A stretch of 64,000 bases of DNA from the human T2T-CHM13v2.0 reference genome, Homo sapiens. The translations under genes and the position numbers were made by a program. The notes beneath the pieces are model-generated. The model made no database searches. It had not been told where the DNA came from and worked only from the letters and a program-made list of their open reading frames with translations. Below, one piece after another: positions 1 to 20,110 of this stretch. The stretch is taken from NCBI RefSeq assembly GCF_009914755.1, contig NC_060926.1; one strand, 5' to 3'. The first letter of the stretch is position 1; each line of letters opens with the position of its first letter.

Positions 1-687
1 ACAGCGGGCATTCCCTCCAGAAAGCCCAAAGCCGATTCCCAAGACTGCAGATCTGAGGCACTGGCAACACCCTCTCTACTGAGCCTCATTAGCATATCTG
101 AGGGAGGAGGGTCTGAAACCCTCACTCCAGGGAAGCTGGGCAGCCACCTGGCCCCATTTGGCAGGCCTGCTCTGATCCCAGGTCACCGCTCCATGGGCCA
201 TCTCATCTGTCAAACACTTCCTGCACGCCATCCACTCTAGGACAGAAAACCTGCTGTCGGCACAAACTCCAAGGCTGAAGCAGCCCAGGAAGACGCCTTC
301 CTTTCTCCGCTGTTCACCTCAGTTCCTGCCCAGACATTCTTTGGCTCTCTCCTTTCTCCAGCTCTTTCTTCTTTTCACCATCTATCTATTTATTAAATAC
401 CTTTCCAACATGGTGATGTGAACCCTTACTAATGTTCTTACACTCAGACCCAATAACCTCACACTGCAGCTATGAACACATTTTAGACCTCCAGACAAAT
501 ACTCCCCAATATTCCCCGCCGTATTATTTATAATAAAGGAAGGTTGGAAAAAACTTTTATGTTCAAAAAATGAGAAAATGGTTAAATATGTTAGGGCATC
601 AATGTAATAAAGTATTAGTTCATTATTAACATTTTATCATCTAATTGGAATGTTTGGACATTGTTCAGATTCTGATTTGAAGAATCT

Positions 688-988
688 TTTTTTTTTTTTT
701 TTTTGAGATGGAGTCTCGCTCTGTCCCCTAGGCTGGAGTGCAGTGGCACGATCTCAGCTCACTGCAAGCTCCGCCTCCCGGATTCATGCCTATTCTCCTG
801 CCACAGCCTCCTGAGTAGCTGGGACTACAGGCGCCCGCTACCACGCCCAGCTAATTTTTTTGTATTTTTAGTAGAGACGTGGTTTCACCGTGTTAGCCAG
901 GATGGTCTCGATCTCCTGACCTCATGATCCGCCCGCCTCGGCCTCCCAAAGTGTTGGGGTTACAGGCGTGAGCCACCACGTCCGGCCT
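688..988 (-). mobile_element. AluY
   Basis: Diagnostic gcaagctccgcc and ccgtgttagccaggatggtctcgatctcc; flanking tgaagaatct/tgaataatct TSD. Confidence 0.9.
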
Positions 989-1001
989 GAATAATCTATT
1001 A

Positions 1002-2003
<1,002 letters not shown>

Positions 2004-2905
2004 TCAAAGGAAGCATATCAGAATGTTAACAGTAATCTTTGTATCATACAATAAGACGGACTTGGAATTCATGAAATAAACATAAGCCCTGTATAACTGG
2101 AAAAGAGAGCAAGACTCTGGCATTCAAGTCCTAAGGTGGCCGAAGAGACCACAGCAGCAGCTCCACCTCTGTGTTCCTCACCAGGTGGGCAAGGACAGCC
2201 CCTTCTCCACCGCCCTGGCCTCCAGCCCCACAGGGCACCAGCCTGTGTGAGCACCCAGCAGACGCCGCTGCACTGAACCCTGAGGACTTTCTTTCCTCTT
2301 CTTCTTGGATATATTAGCTCATAATTCCAAGTGTTGGATAAGGTTGTGGTAAATCTTTTAAAAATTCTCTCAAAAAGCAATATAGTCAATGGTTACGTGA
2401 TAATGATCATGCATTTACTCCCAAAAAGAATAAGACAGCTGTTGTATTGTTAGAGCATGTGCCTGCAGCTGGGGACACGCTTTTCAGTGTCTGCATCACA
2501 CACACACTGAAGTGCCTCCAACAAGTATGTGGAAGGGCCCATCACGTGCCCTCGATGGCCCAGGAAGGGGCCAGTGCTGATGGAGACACAGCCCCAAGGC
2601 ACTCATGGTGAGTCTGCTGTTCTGTGACACTGGGGTGTAGGGGAGGGAAAAGCAACATGAACCTGTAAATGCACAACTGGCTATCTGCTATAATGTGGGA
2701 ATTTTTTAATTATGTGCAACAAAATTAGTAAATGAAATACTGTAAGTAGACAATGTCACCTATATCTCTAAAAACTGACACATTCAAATTGGCCTGATCA
2801 CCTCTTCGAACTTCCCCCTTTGGGGTGGCCCTTATCCCTGGACTCCAGGAGGGAGGGGTCCTGGACAGGCTGCGCCACCCCCTCACCCCTCCTCCCCACA
2901 CTTAC

Positions 2906-3058
2906 CTGAGGAACAGCCCTTCCAGGTGGCTGCGTGGCTTCAGGAGTGAGGAGTCCAGGATGCATGGCAGGGGGTGACACCTGGGCAGAAACACAGTCTC
3001 ACCTGGATGGACCGGCGGGATGGTCTGCAGGGACACTGAGTACTTTTCCACCAGCATC
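2906..3058 (-). CDS. FAM178B: FAM178B coding exon 6 ([50 protein letters not shown]), 153 nt; gene continues beyond the left edge
   Basis: Within ORF 2902..3201; acceptor ccttgccag|G, donor CAG|GTAAG; phase 2-2. Confidence 0.93.
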
Positions 3059-3927
3059 CTGGCAAGGCAAGGGGCAGGAGGGCCGGGCATCAGCAGATGC
3101 ACCTCGGCCTGAGGCATGGCCATTAGCCCAGGGAAGGATAGAGGGGGGCCACGGGCTCCCTGCCTTGCAGTCCTTGCGGCAAACCAAGGGGACAGCGCCA
3201 CCTGCTGATGGAGGAAGAGCCCACCTAGGCACGCAGGAGCCCTTCAGTCTCCCATCAATAAGGCCTATCCCTTGCTCAGGGCACCAGTCCAGCAGCCAGA
3301 AGACCCAACCCCACCCACTGGATCTGTCAGGTCAGACTTCCACTGCACACCTACAATGCCAGGTACGGAGGGTGAGTCAGGAATGGACCACCCAGGAAGG
3401 GCATAAACAAATCACGGCAATCCCCTCTGGCGAGTGGACAGAGAGGCCTACAGGGCGGCTCCATAAGGGCCCAGGAGAGGAGCGCTGGGTGCGGCCAGTG
3501 TCGGGGACGGCATCCTGGGAGGGGCAGGAAGGCTGGCAAGCAGGTGGCATGGGCGTGGGCGGAAGCAGGAGGGTCTTGAGCCCATATGAAGGAGCCTGAT
3601 TCTCTCTCAGGGCCAGCAGTCCTCAAGCTCCAGGGCTCTGAGGACCACCCAGACAGCTGCTGCAATGCAGATCCTGGGCCCGGTCCGGCCCAGAGAGTCT
3701 GATTTAGTGGATGGGAGCTGGCCCCATGGACAAAGAAGGGACGAGGAGAAGGGATACATTTCAACAGTATCGGAGAGAGGTGAAAACTGTCAGGACTTAA
3801 TGACCCATTGAAATGAGGATGGGGAAAAGGGAGGCAGCGAAGATGTTTCCCAAGAATGAGCTAAATCTACATAAAGAAGGACTGGCAACGTGGCTGAGCC
3901 CAAGTTCTTGGGTGAAAACAGCAGCAG

Positions 3928-3929
<2 letters not shown>

Positions 3930-3964
<35 letters not shown>

Positions 3965-3973
3965 ACACACACA
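3930..3973. repeat. (GT)n immediately followed by (AC)n
   Basis: Read directly from the sequence. Confidence 0.95.
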
Positions 3974-4655
3974 AGCCTACACACATATGCACGGACACAG
4001 ACATGCTCAGACACGTGCAACGCCCACCCCCAGCATATGACATATCCCACTACAACTGAGGGTCATCCCAGGGAGCAGAATCAGAGGGAGGGGAGAGGAA
4101 AAGAGGGCAACTTCCTCTTTACTTCATATAACTATGTTCTGCTTCATTTTATAGCAATATAACACAAATTTAACAACAGGAACAATAAAATAAAACAAGC
4201 TCTGGACACTGCCTCTCTTCCTCTAATCAGGAGACGGCCCATTCCCTGGTTTCCGGCTAGGCCCACTGTTTGGGACAGCAAACCCAGGGGCAGAACAGCC
4301 CAGGGGCCCCCTTAGGATCTGGACATGAGCAACTGGCACTGGGTGTGGTGTGGCGTCGCCTGCAGCCCACCAACCTAGCACATGGAACCTGTCTCACTTT
4401 CTGGCCAAGTGACCCAAGGTACGGCCCTGACCCACATCACAGGGTGGTCCTGAGAATGAAATGGCACAACAAATGGGAACGATGCTGCAGACCCGGGAGG
4501 ACTCTGACCCTGCGGGCTTCAGGAAGCATCTCACCAAACCACCACACAAACGGTAAAACAATTTCCTGTTTGGTTCATGTCTTTGCCATTAGTTTTGTAT
4601 CTATTGCTTAAATTGTTTTTTAGTTTGAAAAAATGAACAAATTATTAAAAGCCTA

Positions 4656-8436
<3,781 letters not shown>

Positions 8437-8884
8437 TAAGCTCCGGGGGTCCCTTTTGAGTCCTCTCTTACTCCTAGACCTTCCATCCATTTGTCAGCAA
8501 ATCCTGTCACTTCTACCCTGAAAATACACCCAGAATTTGCCCACTCCTCAGTGTCCACCCCATCCTCAAGCACCGTCATTACTTTTGGATTCCTGCCAAG
8601 GCCTCCTCTGCTCCTGGTCCCCTCCCTCCTGCCCTGGCCTCCACACCTAACTGGTCTATCCTCAACACAGCGGCCAGAGGGTCCTATGCAGACATGTGTC
8701 CAATTAACTCAGAGGAAAGCCTCCAAGAGCCAGTGCCTGCCCCTGGCCTCCCTCACCTCCTATCCCCCACCAGCCCCCTCCTCCAGGCTCCCACACGCCA
8801 GGTGCACTCCCACAGCAGGGTCCCTGGAACTGGCTCTCACCTCCTCGAGGTGCTGCTTAGAAGACCTGCTCACAAGGCCTTCCC

Positions 8885-9018
8885 TGAGCCCTCATCACAG
8901 CCCACACCCTTCCCAGAGCCCACATCCCTTCATCATCAGAGCCCACACCCTTCATCATCAGAGCCTTCATCATCAAAGCCCACATGATTAGAGCCCACAT
9001 CATCAGAGCCCACACCTT
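8885..9018. repeat. Degenerate ~22-bp minisatellite (catcatcagagcccacaccctt)
   Basis: About six imperfect copies visible. Confidence 0.75.
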
Positions 9019-9261
9019 TCCCAGCACTCCTTATGCCCCCAGCGTTAGCCTTTCTCAGGAGCCCTTGCAGCACAACTTCACTGATCTTATTTACTGCTTG
9101 TCTCCGGAAGGAAAGCTGAAGCAGTGGGAAGGCAGAGATTGTCTGGTTTTGTTCCTGCCACATCCCGAAGCTACAGCAGAGCCTCGCACATAGTTGGCAC
9201 TCGATAAATGTCTGCTGGGTGAGTGGATGGATGGACACATGGACAAATGGGTGAATGGATG

Positions 9262-9620
9262 GTGTTACAGGCTTATGTTTGTGTCCCCCCAAAATATATG
9301 TGTTGAATCCTCACCCCCAGGGTGAAGGTATTAGGAAGTGGGGCCTTTGGGAGGTGATGAGGCATGAGGGTGGAGCCTTCATGAATAGGATTGGTACCCT
9401 TATGAAAGGGCCCCAGAGAGCTCTCTTGCCTCTTTCTGTCACGTGAGGACACAGAGACTTAGGCAGTCTGCAACCTGGAAGAGCGCTCTCACCAGGACCG
9501 ACCCTGCTGGCTCCCGGGTCTCAGACCTCCAGCCTCCATAACTGTGGGAAACAGACTTCAGCTGCTTAGAAGCCACCAGTCTATGGCCCTTTGTTCTAGC
9601 AGCCCCAACAGACCAAGACG
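9262..9620 (+). mobile_element. MLT1A-like MaLR LTR
   Basis: tgtttgtgtcccccc...ggggcctttgggaggtga...gacctccagcctcca...agcagcccc consensus motifs. Confidence 0.75.
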
Positions 9621-10141
9621 GATGGAAAACAGTGTGCCCTGAAGATGGATTCGGTTGTGGCCCTGGGCATCTCTGATGCTCCGAAGTAGAGATGAAGCCA
9701 GCCCTCCCTCCAGCCAATGGCCCAATTAAATCAGGGCCCCCACTCAGAGCTACTTTCTCTTCTCCAGTTAGGGGAAGATGAAAAATCTCACATGGTCGTA
9801 ACCTCCCCTTGAAAGCAGATTTCATTTAGATTGTGGTTTTGTGTAGTTATTTTCCCGAGATCTGTTTCTAAGAATTTGGGCAGATAATTGGGGCAGAACA
9901 AGCTGTGTTTTATGATCCCTGTGTGGCAAAGGCTCAAATGAGACCCTGATGCACAGTAGGTGATCAGATCTTTCTTGAATCAATGAGTGAATGTGGCTTT
10001 AAGAGAAAGAGGTAGCTTTAGAATTCACAAATAGTACACAAATCACTGTACCATGTTGGTCAAAACTCTGTCCAAAACCAGAGGGGGTTGGCACCTCAGT
10101 CTTTCCCCTTCGGAGGCTGGTGCCAGGCCCCTGCCCCTCAC

Positions 10142-10249
10142 CTGTGCTCGGGTGTGAGTGGCACTTCCTCTTCATCAAGATCCAAGGAGTTGAGATTGAG
10201 ACACTCCTGCAGAAGCAGCCTCTCTCGCTCCTGCTCCAGGGCCTGTTCC
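10142..10249 (-). CDS. FAM178B: FAM178B coding exon 5 (EQALEQERERLLLQECLNLNSLDLDEEEVPLTPEHR), 108 nt
   Basis: Acceptor ttcctatag|G, donor CAG|GTGAG; phase 2-2; open. Confidence 0.93.
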
Positions 10250-11825
10250 CTATAGGAAGTCGAGGGCCAGAGCCGGGGGTCAGTGTTGTTCCCCATCGTG
10301 CAACCCTGTCACTGGGCTGCAGGTGTTGCCACCAACACAGCAAGACCAGAGGGCTGCGCCGTCCTGGCTGGTCTCCTTGTGAAGCCGCTCACACAGATTT
10401 TTAAGGCAATGGGGACGGGTTGCATTACATAGACTGTGCTTTCCCCAAATGAGCAGAGAGGAGCAAGCAGGCCAGAAGATGGTTCTCACCACACAACTTC
10501 CAATGCATCTTTACTTGTGTACCCTGTTTGGTCTTTTTTTTTTTTTTTTTTTTTTTTTTTGATACCAGACATCACTGTGTTGCCTAGGCCAGAGTGCAGT
10601 GGCTTTTTACAGATGCAACCAAAGTGTATCGCAGCCTCAAATGCCTGGGCTCAAGCAATTTCCCACCTCAGCCTCTCAAGGGACAACAGGCAAGCACTCG
10701 GATTCGTTCTTTTTTTTTAAACACACCAAGGCCTAGGGCTAGCCCTTCTGCTCCTCAGCCACGTGACCAGGAAAGATCTCGTGCCCTGGCTCCTCGGCAT
10801 CCCTGACACGTGCATGGCCTGACTCTGCAGCCACTTAGGGCAGCCCCTCTGCTCCTGCTCATTCCCTTTCTCTCTTTAGCCTTCCGGCCTCACTCCTGGG
10901 GCTCTGTTTTCCGCCACCAGCCCCTGCGCGCCTCACTTCAACTGGCCCCCACAATAGGCCCCACACACCTGTTACCTTGCCAGAGCCCCAACCCCTACCC
11001 TCCTCCCGCCCTGCAAACCAACACAGCCTTCCTTGTCCTTGCGCCCAGGCTGTGGAGAGAGCCCTGGGAGCCTCCCCAGCCCCTGTCTGGTCCCTCCAGG
11101 TGCCCACCCTGGTTGGGCCCATGGGTCCTCAGTTCTCTAACATTTTCTCTCCACCCCAGGCCTGTCGTGAGCTCAGATCCTGCTAGCCAGCCACTCACTG
11201 AGTGATTTCTAGCTGAATGTGACTGGGCCCCTCCAATGACCCATGTCTACCAGCCAGGCCACCAGACCCACCAGAAGCCCCATCACCCTCCTCCCAGGGG
11301 CCTCCTGGCTGTGAGCCCGTCCCAGGCCCCCTCAGCCCCTCATCACTGTCCTGCTCTTGCCCTTCCCATCCCTTCTCCAAATGCAGCCTGCAGTTTCTTA
11401 AACAAGAGAAAACATATCTCTGCCTGCTTCAGTTTCTCCCATGACTCAGCCTTGTGTCCAACAAGGCCCCTCAGGCTCCAGCCCCATGCACATCTCATCT
11501 TGGCTGCATCTTCTGCCTCGCCCCTCCAACCCCTCTGCACTGAGAATTTGGGTCCTAACCGGCACAGTCTGTCTTATCCACCTTTACATGTGCAGTCATC
11601 CCCCTCCCACCAAACAAAACTTCCTTTCTTGCAAGGTTCAGTGACAAGGATACATCTGGGAGCCTTTTCCGACTCCGGGTTAAGTTAGGTGTCACTCTTC
11701 TGGGCTCCTCCACGGCAACATGACAGTGTGGGTAGTATGAGATCATTATGCTAAATTGCCAGGGAAGCAGGGGCTGCACCATCAGCTCCACTATCCAGAG
11801 CCTGGCATGGTGCAGCACACAGCGT

Positions 11826-12168
11826 CCTATGGACTAAATGTCTGTGTCTTCCCAGAATTCCTATGTTGAAGCCCTAACCCCAGTATAGCTATATTTGGAG
11901 TAAGAAAGTAATTAAGGTAAAATGAGGTCATAGGACAGGCCCTGATCCCACAGGATTAGTGTCCTTAAAAGAAGAGACACCAGAGAGCTTGTGCTCTCTC
12001 TGCCACGTGAGGACACAGCAAGAAGCAAGAAAGAGTGCCCTCACCAGGAACCGACTGACCAGAACCTCAATCCTGGGCTGCTGGCCACCAGAACTGGGAG
12101 AAATAACTGTATTGTTTAAGCCCCCAGTGTGTGCCATCCTGTTACAGCAGCCCGAGCTGACTAGCACA
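11826..12168 (+). mobile_element. MLT1-like MaLR LTR
   Basis: tatggactaaatgtctgtgtc...gaagccctaacccc...gccacgtgaggacacagc...gtttaagccccccag. Confidence 0.7.
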
Positions 12169-13337
12169 GAGCAGGACCCTCCCAATGCCAGGCACACCGA
12201 CAAGCAGTCACGAGGAGGCCCCAGCTGCTCATTTTCCTGCCAATATTTTCAAGCGTCTACTAAATGTACATCACCATGCTGGGCACCGTGGAAATATATA
12301 GGCATGGTCCCTTCCCTAACGTACAATCTAATGGGAGAAAATCACTCAGGTGAAGGAGCTGAACAACACAAGTTCCCGGGTCGGAGGAGCCCAGAGGGGC
12401 TGCACAGCAGAGGCAGATGAGATGACTCCAGGGCGGGCCAGAGGGCCAAGAATGGACCAAAGAATAATTCATCCCAGTGCATGAGGAGCTCTCTGCCAAC
12501 AGGGCTGGGAACTTTGAGGAGGGTGGAAAGAGTGGGTATCAGTCCTCCCACCAGGAGAGCTGGGTGTTCCAGGGTGGCATCGCCCCCGCCCACACTTAAC
12601 TTCTGCAAACACAATGGACATGCACTGAACAAAAACAACACAACACAACAACGGGAGAGGACAAAGACTCAGGAAGTGTGAACAACCTGCTCACATGCCA
12701 CCAAAGAGCATGCCCCCATGAAGACGACCCCTGTCTGTCCCCAGCCACCTGCACCTCCCTAGGGATTTCCAATCTCATCAGACGTGACTGTTGCCTTCAG
12801 CGGTCCGTGGAAACTACTTATGGCAGACAGGGAGAGAGCTAGTTAGAAGCTAATATGCTGGGAGAAGGCAGGTGTGAAACTCAGAGAGGATGGGAAAATG
12901 GGCAACGCGTGCCTGCACACTGGGGTAGAAAGCAGCGGCAGAAATGTTAGGAAGTCCCGTCTGCCCAGCATGACCCTCCAGCCACAGCCAGGCTGTAACC
13001 CTCAGCCACAAAACAGTCTGCTTTTCCACTTCCCTCTCACATAACCCTTGAGTGGGAGGAGACACCCTCAAACTGGCAGGAGTTGGGCAGAATGGAGCCA
13101 AGGTGGAGAGGGGACCCAGAAGGAGGGCTCTGTTCGTGGTGGGAGTCTGGGGGCTCTCTGCCTTGGTGATGCCACCCCCTGCCCTGGCGACCTGCCTGTT
13201 ACTGATCAGAGCACACAGGGCAGGCTGAGTCTGGGTGGGAGGCCGCTGTACTCCGACCAGACTCTGCAGTGAGTCCCGGGACTGCTGCCAACCCTGCAGA
13301 AATAAGCACCCCATGACAGGCCACGCCCTGTGCTCAC

Positions 13338-13399
13338 CTCTTCTCCTGCAGTAAGTAGTCCAGGTTGTTGAAGTAGCTTCCTGAGCCCCCCCAGGAAAA
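13338..13399 (-). CDS. FAM178B: FAM178B coding exon 4 (FSWGGSGSYFNNLDYLLQEKR), 62 nt
   Basis: Acceptor tttctccag|TTT, donor AG|GTGAG; the YFNNLDYLLQEK motif is recognised from FAM178B. Confidence 0.93.
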
Positions 13400-13799
13400 C
13401 TGGAGAAACAGGACATGGGAATGAGGACGACAGAGAAGTACAAAGATAGAGGAGAAAAAAGAAAAAAAACTAAATTAAGCCCTTTATTTATTTTGTTTGC
13501 TTTTCTGAAAAGATACTATGTTTACAGGATTAAAAAATCAAAAAGTATAAAGGCGCAGGGTAAAATGTCTCCCTGCCCCCATCCCCACCCCCAGCCACCT
13601 GTTCCCTCCCCACAGGTGCCCATGGGATAGGCATTCCTCATGTGCTTTCAGAGACACTTCACACAGAGACAGCAAACAACACCACATCACAGGCGCCAGC
13701 ACACCACACCACACAGCTTATCCTGCACCAGGCTCTATCCTGCACCACACACTTTTCAATCTCAATGATCTGACATCATTCCCTATCAAAGCCAAAGAG

Positions 13800-13992
13800 C
13801 TTCTCTCCCCCTCCCTATCTGCTCCCTTTCCCACTGTGCCCCTCCCCATTGCCCTCTCCTCCTCTCCTCTCCCTCCCTCCCTCTCTCTCCTTCTCCCCCT
13901 CCTTCCCTCTCTCCCACCTCCCTCTCTCTCTCCTTCCCTCTGTCCCCCTCTCCCTTGTGTCTCTGTCTGTCTGTCTGTCTGTCTCTCTCTCG
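13800..13992. repeat. Polypyrimidine (C/T) low-complexity tract plus (CTGT)n in FAM178B intron 3
   Basis: Read directly from the sequence. Confidence 0.85.
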
Positions 13993-14522
13993 CAGGCTGT
14001 TACAAACAGCTGAAACCCATTCTTAGAATAACTGTTCTCGATCCACAGCCTGTAAATGTCCCACAGTCTACCTAGCAGCAGGAGCTTACTCCCAATTTGA
14101 AGTTCATCATTGAAGTTCCATTTAGGACTCCCGATCCACTGGACCAGAGTCAGCTTGAGTCTCTACAGACAACCAAGCCCAGACCTCAGCTCTGAGATCC
14201 CTCCTTGCTCCGGGGCCATAACCCTAACCTCAGCCATGAAAGCCTCAAGGGGCCCCATGAAGTGGCATCGAATTTGTTGCCACCCAAAGCCATTTGTCAG
14301 CAGGAGTTACTGGTGGAGACACAGGGCGAGGTGCATCCTGGCCTTGGGGGCCTGCGCTTCCAGCCATGAGGGCCCAAGGGCTGAGCAGGGATGGTCAAGG
14401 TGAAGTGTCCGAGGAAGAGCAGCTGGGGCGTGGCTCAGGAGAGGGTGGCCTGGGGTGACTGTAAAAGGGTGGCTAAAGATGGGTAGCCAAGGAGAAGAGG
14501 CCAAGGGTGGACACAGGCTCAC

Positions 14523-14944
14523 CTCTGGGGCCGCAGCCTGCTGGCTCAGGCCTGACGTGTTCCAGAACAGCTTCTCTGGCAAGGCCAGGCCCCTCTTCGG
14601 GTCCAAGTCCAGGTGTTCCTGCTCCAACTCCTCGGGCAGCTCACCAGCCAGTCTCCTCAGGCCCTGGGGGCCCACCACACCCACCCACCTCTGGGCCGGG
14701 GCCTCCCGACTGGCCTGCAGCACCCTCGGGTTGAGGAATTCCACGGGCGGGGGGCTCCAGTCAGTGGGAAACGTTTCCCCAGGTGCCTGTATCTTGGGCT
14801 TCTTTGGCGATGTGGGAGCTGGAGCCGAGGCAGGGCTGCAGGGCCGCCGGGCAGGGCAGCGGGGCCCCTGGTCCAGGGGATGGTCTGACAAGCCATCCTC
14901 CAGGTTGTACAGGAGGATGGGCACGGTGGCGGCAGCCTGCACCC
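14523..14944 (-). CDS. FAM178B: FAM178B coding exon 3 (GVQAAATVPILLYNLEDG...SQQAAAPE), 422 nt
   Basis: Core of ORF 14307..15011; acceptor tcctgtctgcag|GG, donor GAG|GTGAGC; cumulative 564 nt gives phase 0. Confidence 0.93.
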
Positions 14945-15159
14945 CTGCAGACAGGACAGAATACTGTGGTCCCTCTGCCCACCTGCCACTGTCCCAGACG
15001 TCAAGCCACACTGGGTAAGGAGAGCAGCAAATGGGTGAGAGAACAACTTGGGGTTGCTGTGGGAAGGATGCAAGGGAAATCCTTCAGCCATGGGCTCTCC
15101 ACTTCCTCTCGCCCCCAAACCTCAGTGGGGATTTACCTGTGCAGGTGAGAGACGCCTAC

Positions 15160-15228
15160 CTTCTCTCAGAGGAAGGGCTAGCACCGTCTCCTGGGGCCCA
15201 GCCATCTGCAAGCCGTGGGACATCTGTC
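15160..15228 (-). CDS. FAM178B: FAM178B coding exon 2 (GQMSHGLQMAGPQETVLALPLRE), 69 nt
   Basis: Acceptor cttccttccag|GA, donor AAG|GTAGG; phase 1-1; open. Confidence 0.88.
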
Positions 15229-15437
15229 CTGGAAGGAAGCGCCTGTGAGGGCAGGTGAACCTCCAGAAGAAAGCTAAAGGTTCTAAACCCCGTGATTCCC
15301 ACAGAGGAGGGCCTGGGCCCACTGTGCCCAAGAGGGTCCGCCCTGAGGACTGGCCTTCTGATCCCACCAAGGTCAAGTTGCTGAGATGGAGAGAACAATC
15401 TGACTTCTCATTTCAAGGACATGATGGGCAAATGTGA

Positions 15438-15945
<508 letters not shown>

Positions 15946-16841
15946 TCACAAGGTATGGAACAGGGATGTCTGGTTCCTGCCATTTCCCAAGCACCAGCAC
16001 AGACCTGGCCCACAGTAGGTATTTGTGCATTTTCGCTGAATGAATGAGTGATTTAAGAGGCCCTGGGGCTGGCCCAACAAGCGTCCTCCAGTAGGAGGAA
16101 CTGCCTGTCTCCAGTCAAGATGGACCATGGCACACACACAGACATCTCCCATTGGATCGGACCCAGGCTCAAACTGCAACACAGATGAAAGGCTAATAAA
16201 GAGTCTAATGATCAAAGGAAATCGCAGTTTACAAAAAACAAACAACAAGATTCAAACTCAATAGTGAAAGAAATTCAAATCAACATGACTATGACACATG
16301 GTCAATAAATAATCAAAACATTAAAATTTTATAATAATGAGGCTGGGTGCGGTGGCTCACATCTGTAATCCCAGCACTTTGGGAGGCCGAGGAGGGTGGG
16401 TCATCTGAGGTCAGAGTTCGAGACCAGCCTGGCCAACATGACAAAACCCCATCTCTACTAAAAATACAAAAAAAATTAGCCAGGCATGGTGGCACACGCC
16501 TGTAATCCCAGCTACTCAGGGGGCTGGGGCAGGAGAATCACTTGAACCCAGGAGACGGCAGTTGCAGTGAGCCAAGATTGCACCACTGCACTCCAACCTG
16601 AGCAACAGAGTGAGACTCTGTCTCAAAATACATAAATAAATAATAAATAAATAAATTTAAGATATGAATTATAATCTCCAGGGTAATCACTAAGGAAATA
16701 ACTTAAAAATATACAGAAAAGGGGCTGGGCGCAGTGGCTCACGCCTGTAATCCCAGCACTTTGGGAGGCTGAGGTGGGCGGATCATGAGGTCAGGAGATC
16801 GAGACCATCCTGGCTAACACAGTGAAACCCCATCTCCACTA

Positions 16842-17135
<294 letters not shown>

Positions 17136-17493
17136 TCATTCCTTATCAGTAATTAGTTCAAATATAAACGGATTAAATTCTCCAATCAAAAGACAGAGAT
17201 TGGCAATATACATTTAAAAAACATGATTCAACTACATTATGATATGTGGAAGACACAAATAGGTTGAAAATGCAAGTATGCAAAAAGATATTCCATGCAA
17301 ATAGTACTAAAAGAAAGCTCGGGTAGTTACACTAATAACAGACTTAAGTGACTTTAAGTCACACAAATAAACTTTAAGTCAAAAAGTACAAGAGACAAAG
17401 ATTATATATTGACACAAGAATCAATCATCGGCCAGGAGCAGTGGCTCACACCTGTAATCCCAGCACTTTGGGAGGCCGAGGCGGGCGTTATCA

Positions 17494-17775
<282 letters not shown>

Positions 17776-18711
17776 TCAAAGAACAAAAAACTTCTGTCAG
17801 ATGGGGGAATGAATTCCAGAGTTCTACTGTATAACATGACAGAATAACAATGTACAGTATGTATAGTTATGCACTATGTATAGTTATGTATAGTACACTG
17901 TATAGTAACATATAGTATTCTTGAAAATTGTTAAGATAGGAGATTTTAAGTATACTCGCCAGAAAAATATGGTTAGTATGTAAAGTAATACATATGTTAA
18001 TTAGCTGGATTTACCTATTCCACAGTGTAAGCATACTTCTTTCAAAAATTGTTTTAATTGATGCATAACAGATGTACATATTTTGGGGGTACATTTGATA
18101 ATTTAACACATGCCTATAATTCGTAAAGATCAAATCAGTGTAACTGGGATATCCATCACCTTAAATGCTTGTCTTTTTGCTCAAAACATTCCAATTATTC
18201 TCTTCTAGCTATTTTGAAATATACAATAAATTATTGTAAACTATAGTCACCCTACTAATCTACTCAACACTAAGCCTAATTTCTTCTATCAAGCTGTATA
18301 TTTGTACCAATTAATAAACCCCTTTATCTTCCATCTACACATTTCAAAACATGTTACACTAAATGTACCATAGAAAAACATGTTACACTAAATGTACCAT
18401 AGTTCCCCCTTATCGATTTCACTTTCCAGTTTCAGCTAACTGCAGTCAATCACAGTCTAAAAATAACAAGCGCAGAAGGCTTGCCTTGGCCTCCCAAAGT
18501 TTGGGAATACAGGCATGAACCACCGCGCCCGATCTAATATACTACTTTCAATAATAAAACAACTACACAGAAGGCCAAAAGAAGGTAGGGGAATTGAACA
18601 ACACTATAAACCAACAGAACACTTTACCCCACAACAGCAGAATACACATTCTTCCTAAGTACACATGGAATATTCTTCAGGATAGACCATATGGTATATG
18701 ATAGGCCATAA

Positions 18712-18843
<132 letters not shown>

Positions 18844-19265
18844 TAGCTGGGACTACAGGTGCGTGCCACCATGCCCGGCTAATTTTTTGTATTTTTAGTA
18901 GAGATGGGGTTTCACCGTGTTAGCCAGGATGGTCTCAACCTCCTGACCTCATGATCCACCTGCCTTGGCCTCCCAAAGTGCTGGGATTACAGGCGTGAGC
19001 CACCATGCCTGGCCAAAACAATTCTTAATAAACTTAAACATTGAAATCATATAAAGTATCTTCTGACCACAATAAAAACTCCTAGGTATAATATCCAAAA
19101 GAACTGAAAACAAATATCCATACAAAATCTTGCACACAAATATCCACAGCAGCATTATTCATAATAGTCAAAAAGTGAAAACAGGGCTAGGCATGGTGGC
19201 TCACGCCTGTAATCTCAGTACTTTGGGAGGCCAAGGCGGGCAAATCACTTGAGGTCAGGAGTTCA

Positions 19266-19897
<632 letters not shown>

Positions 19898-19900
19898 TCA

Positions 19901-20110
<210 letters not shown>

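Noticed and set aside
2934-3599. 221-aa plus-strand ORF
   Set aside because: Antisense to FAM178B exon 6 in GC-rich sequence; no recognisable domain.
8491-8991. 166-aa ORF with His/Pro/Ser repeats
   Set aside because: Produced by old repeat sequence plus the minisatellite; no splice or homology support.
14307-15018. Full-length ORFs 14307..15011 (-) and 14455..15018 (+)
   Set aside because: Only 14523-14944 is exon, bounded by splice sites. The rest is intron read-through or an antisense shadow.
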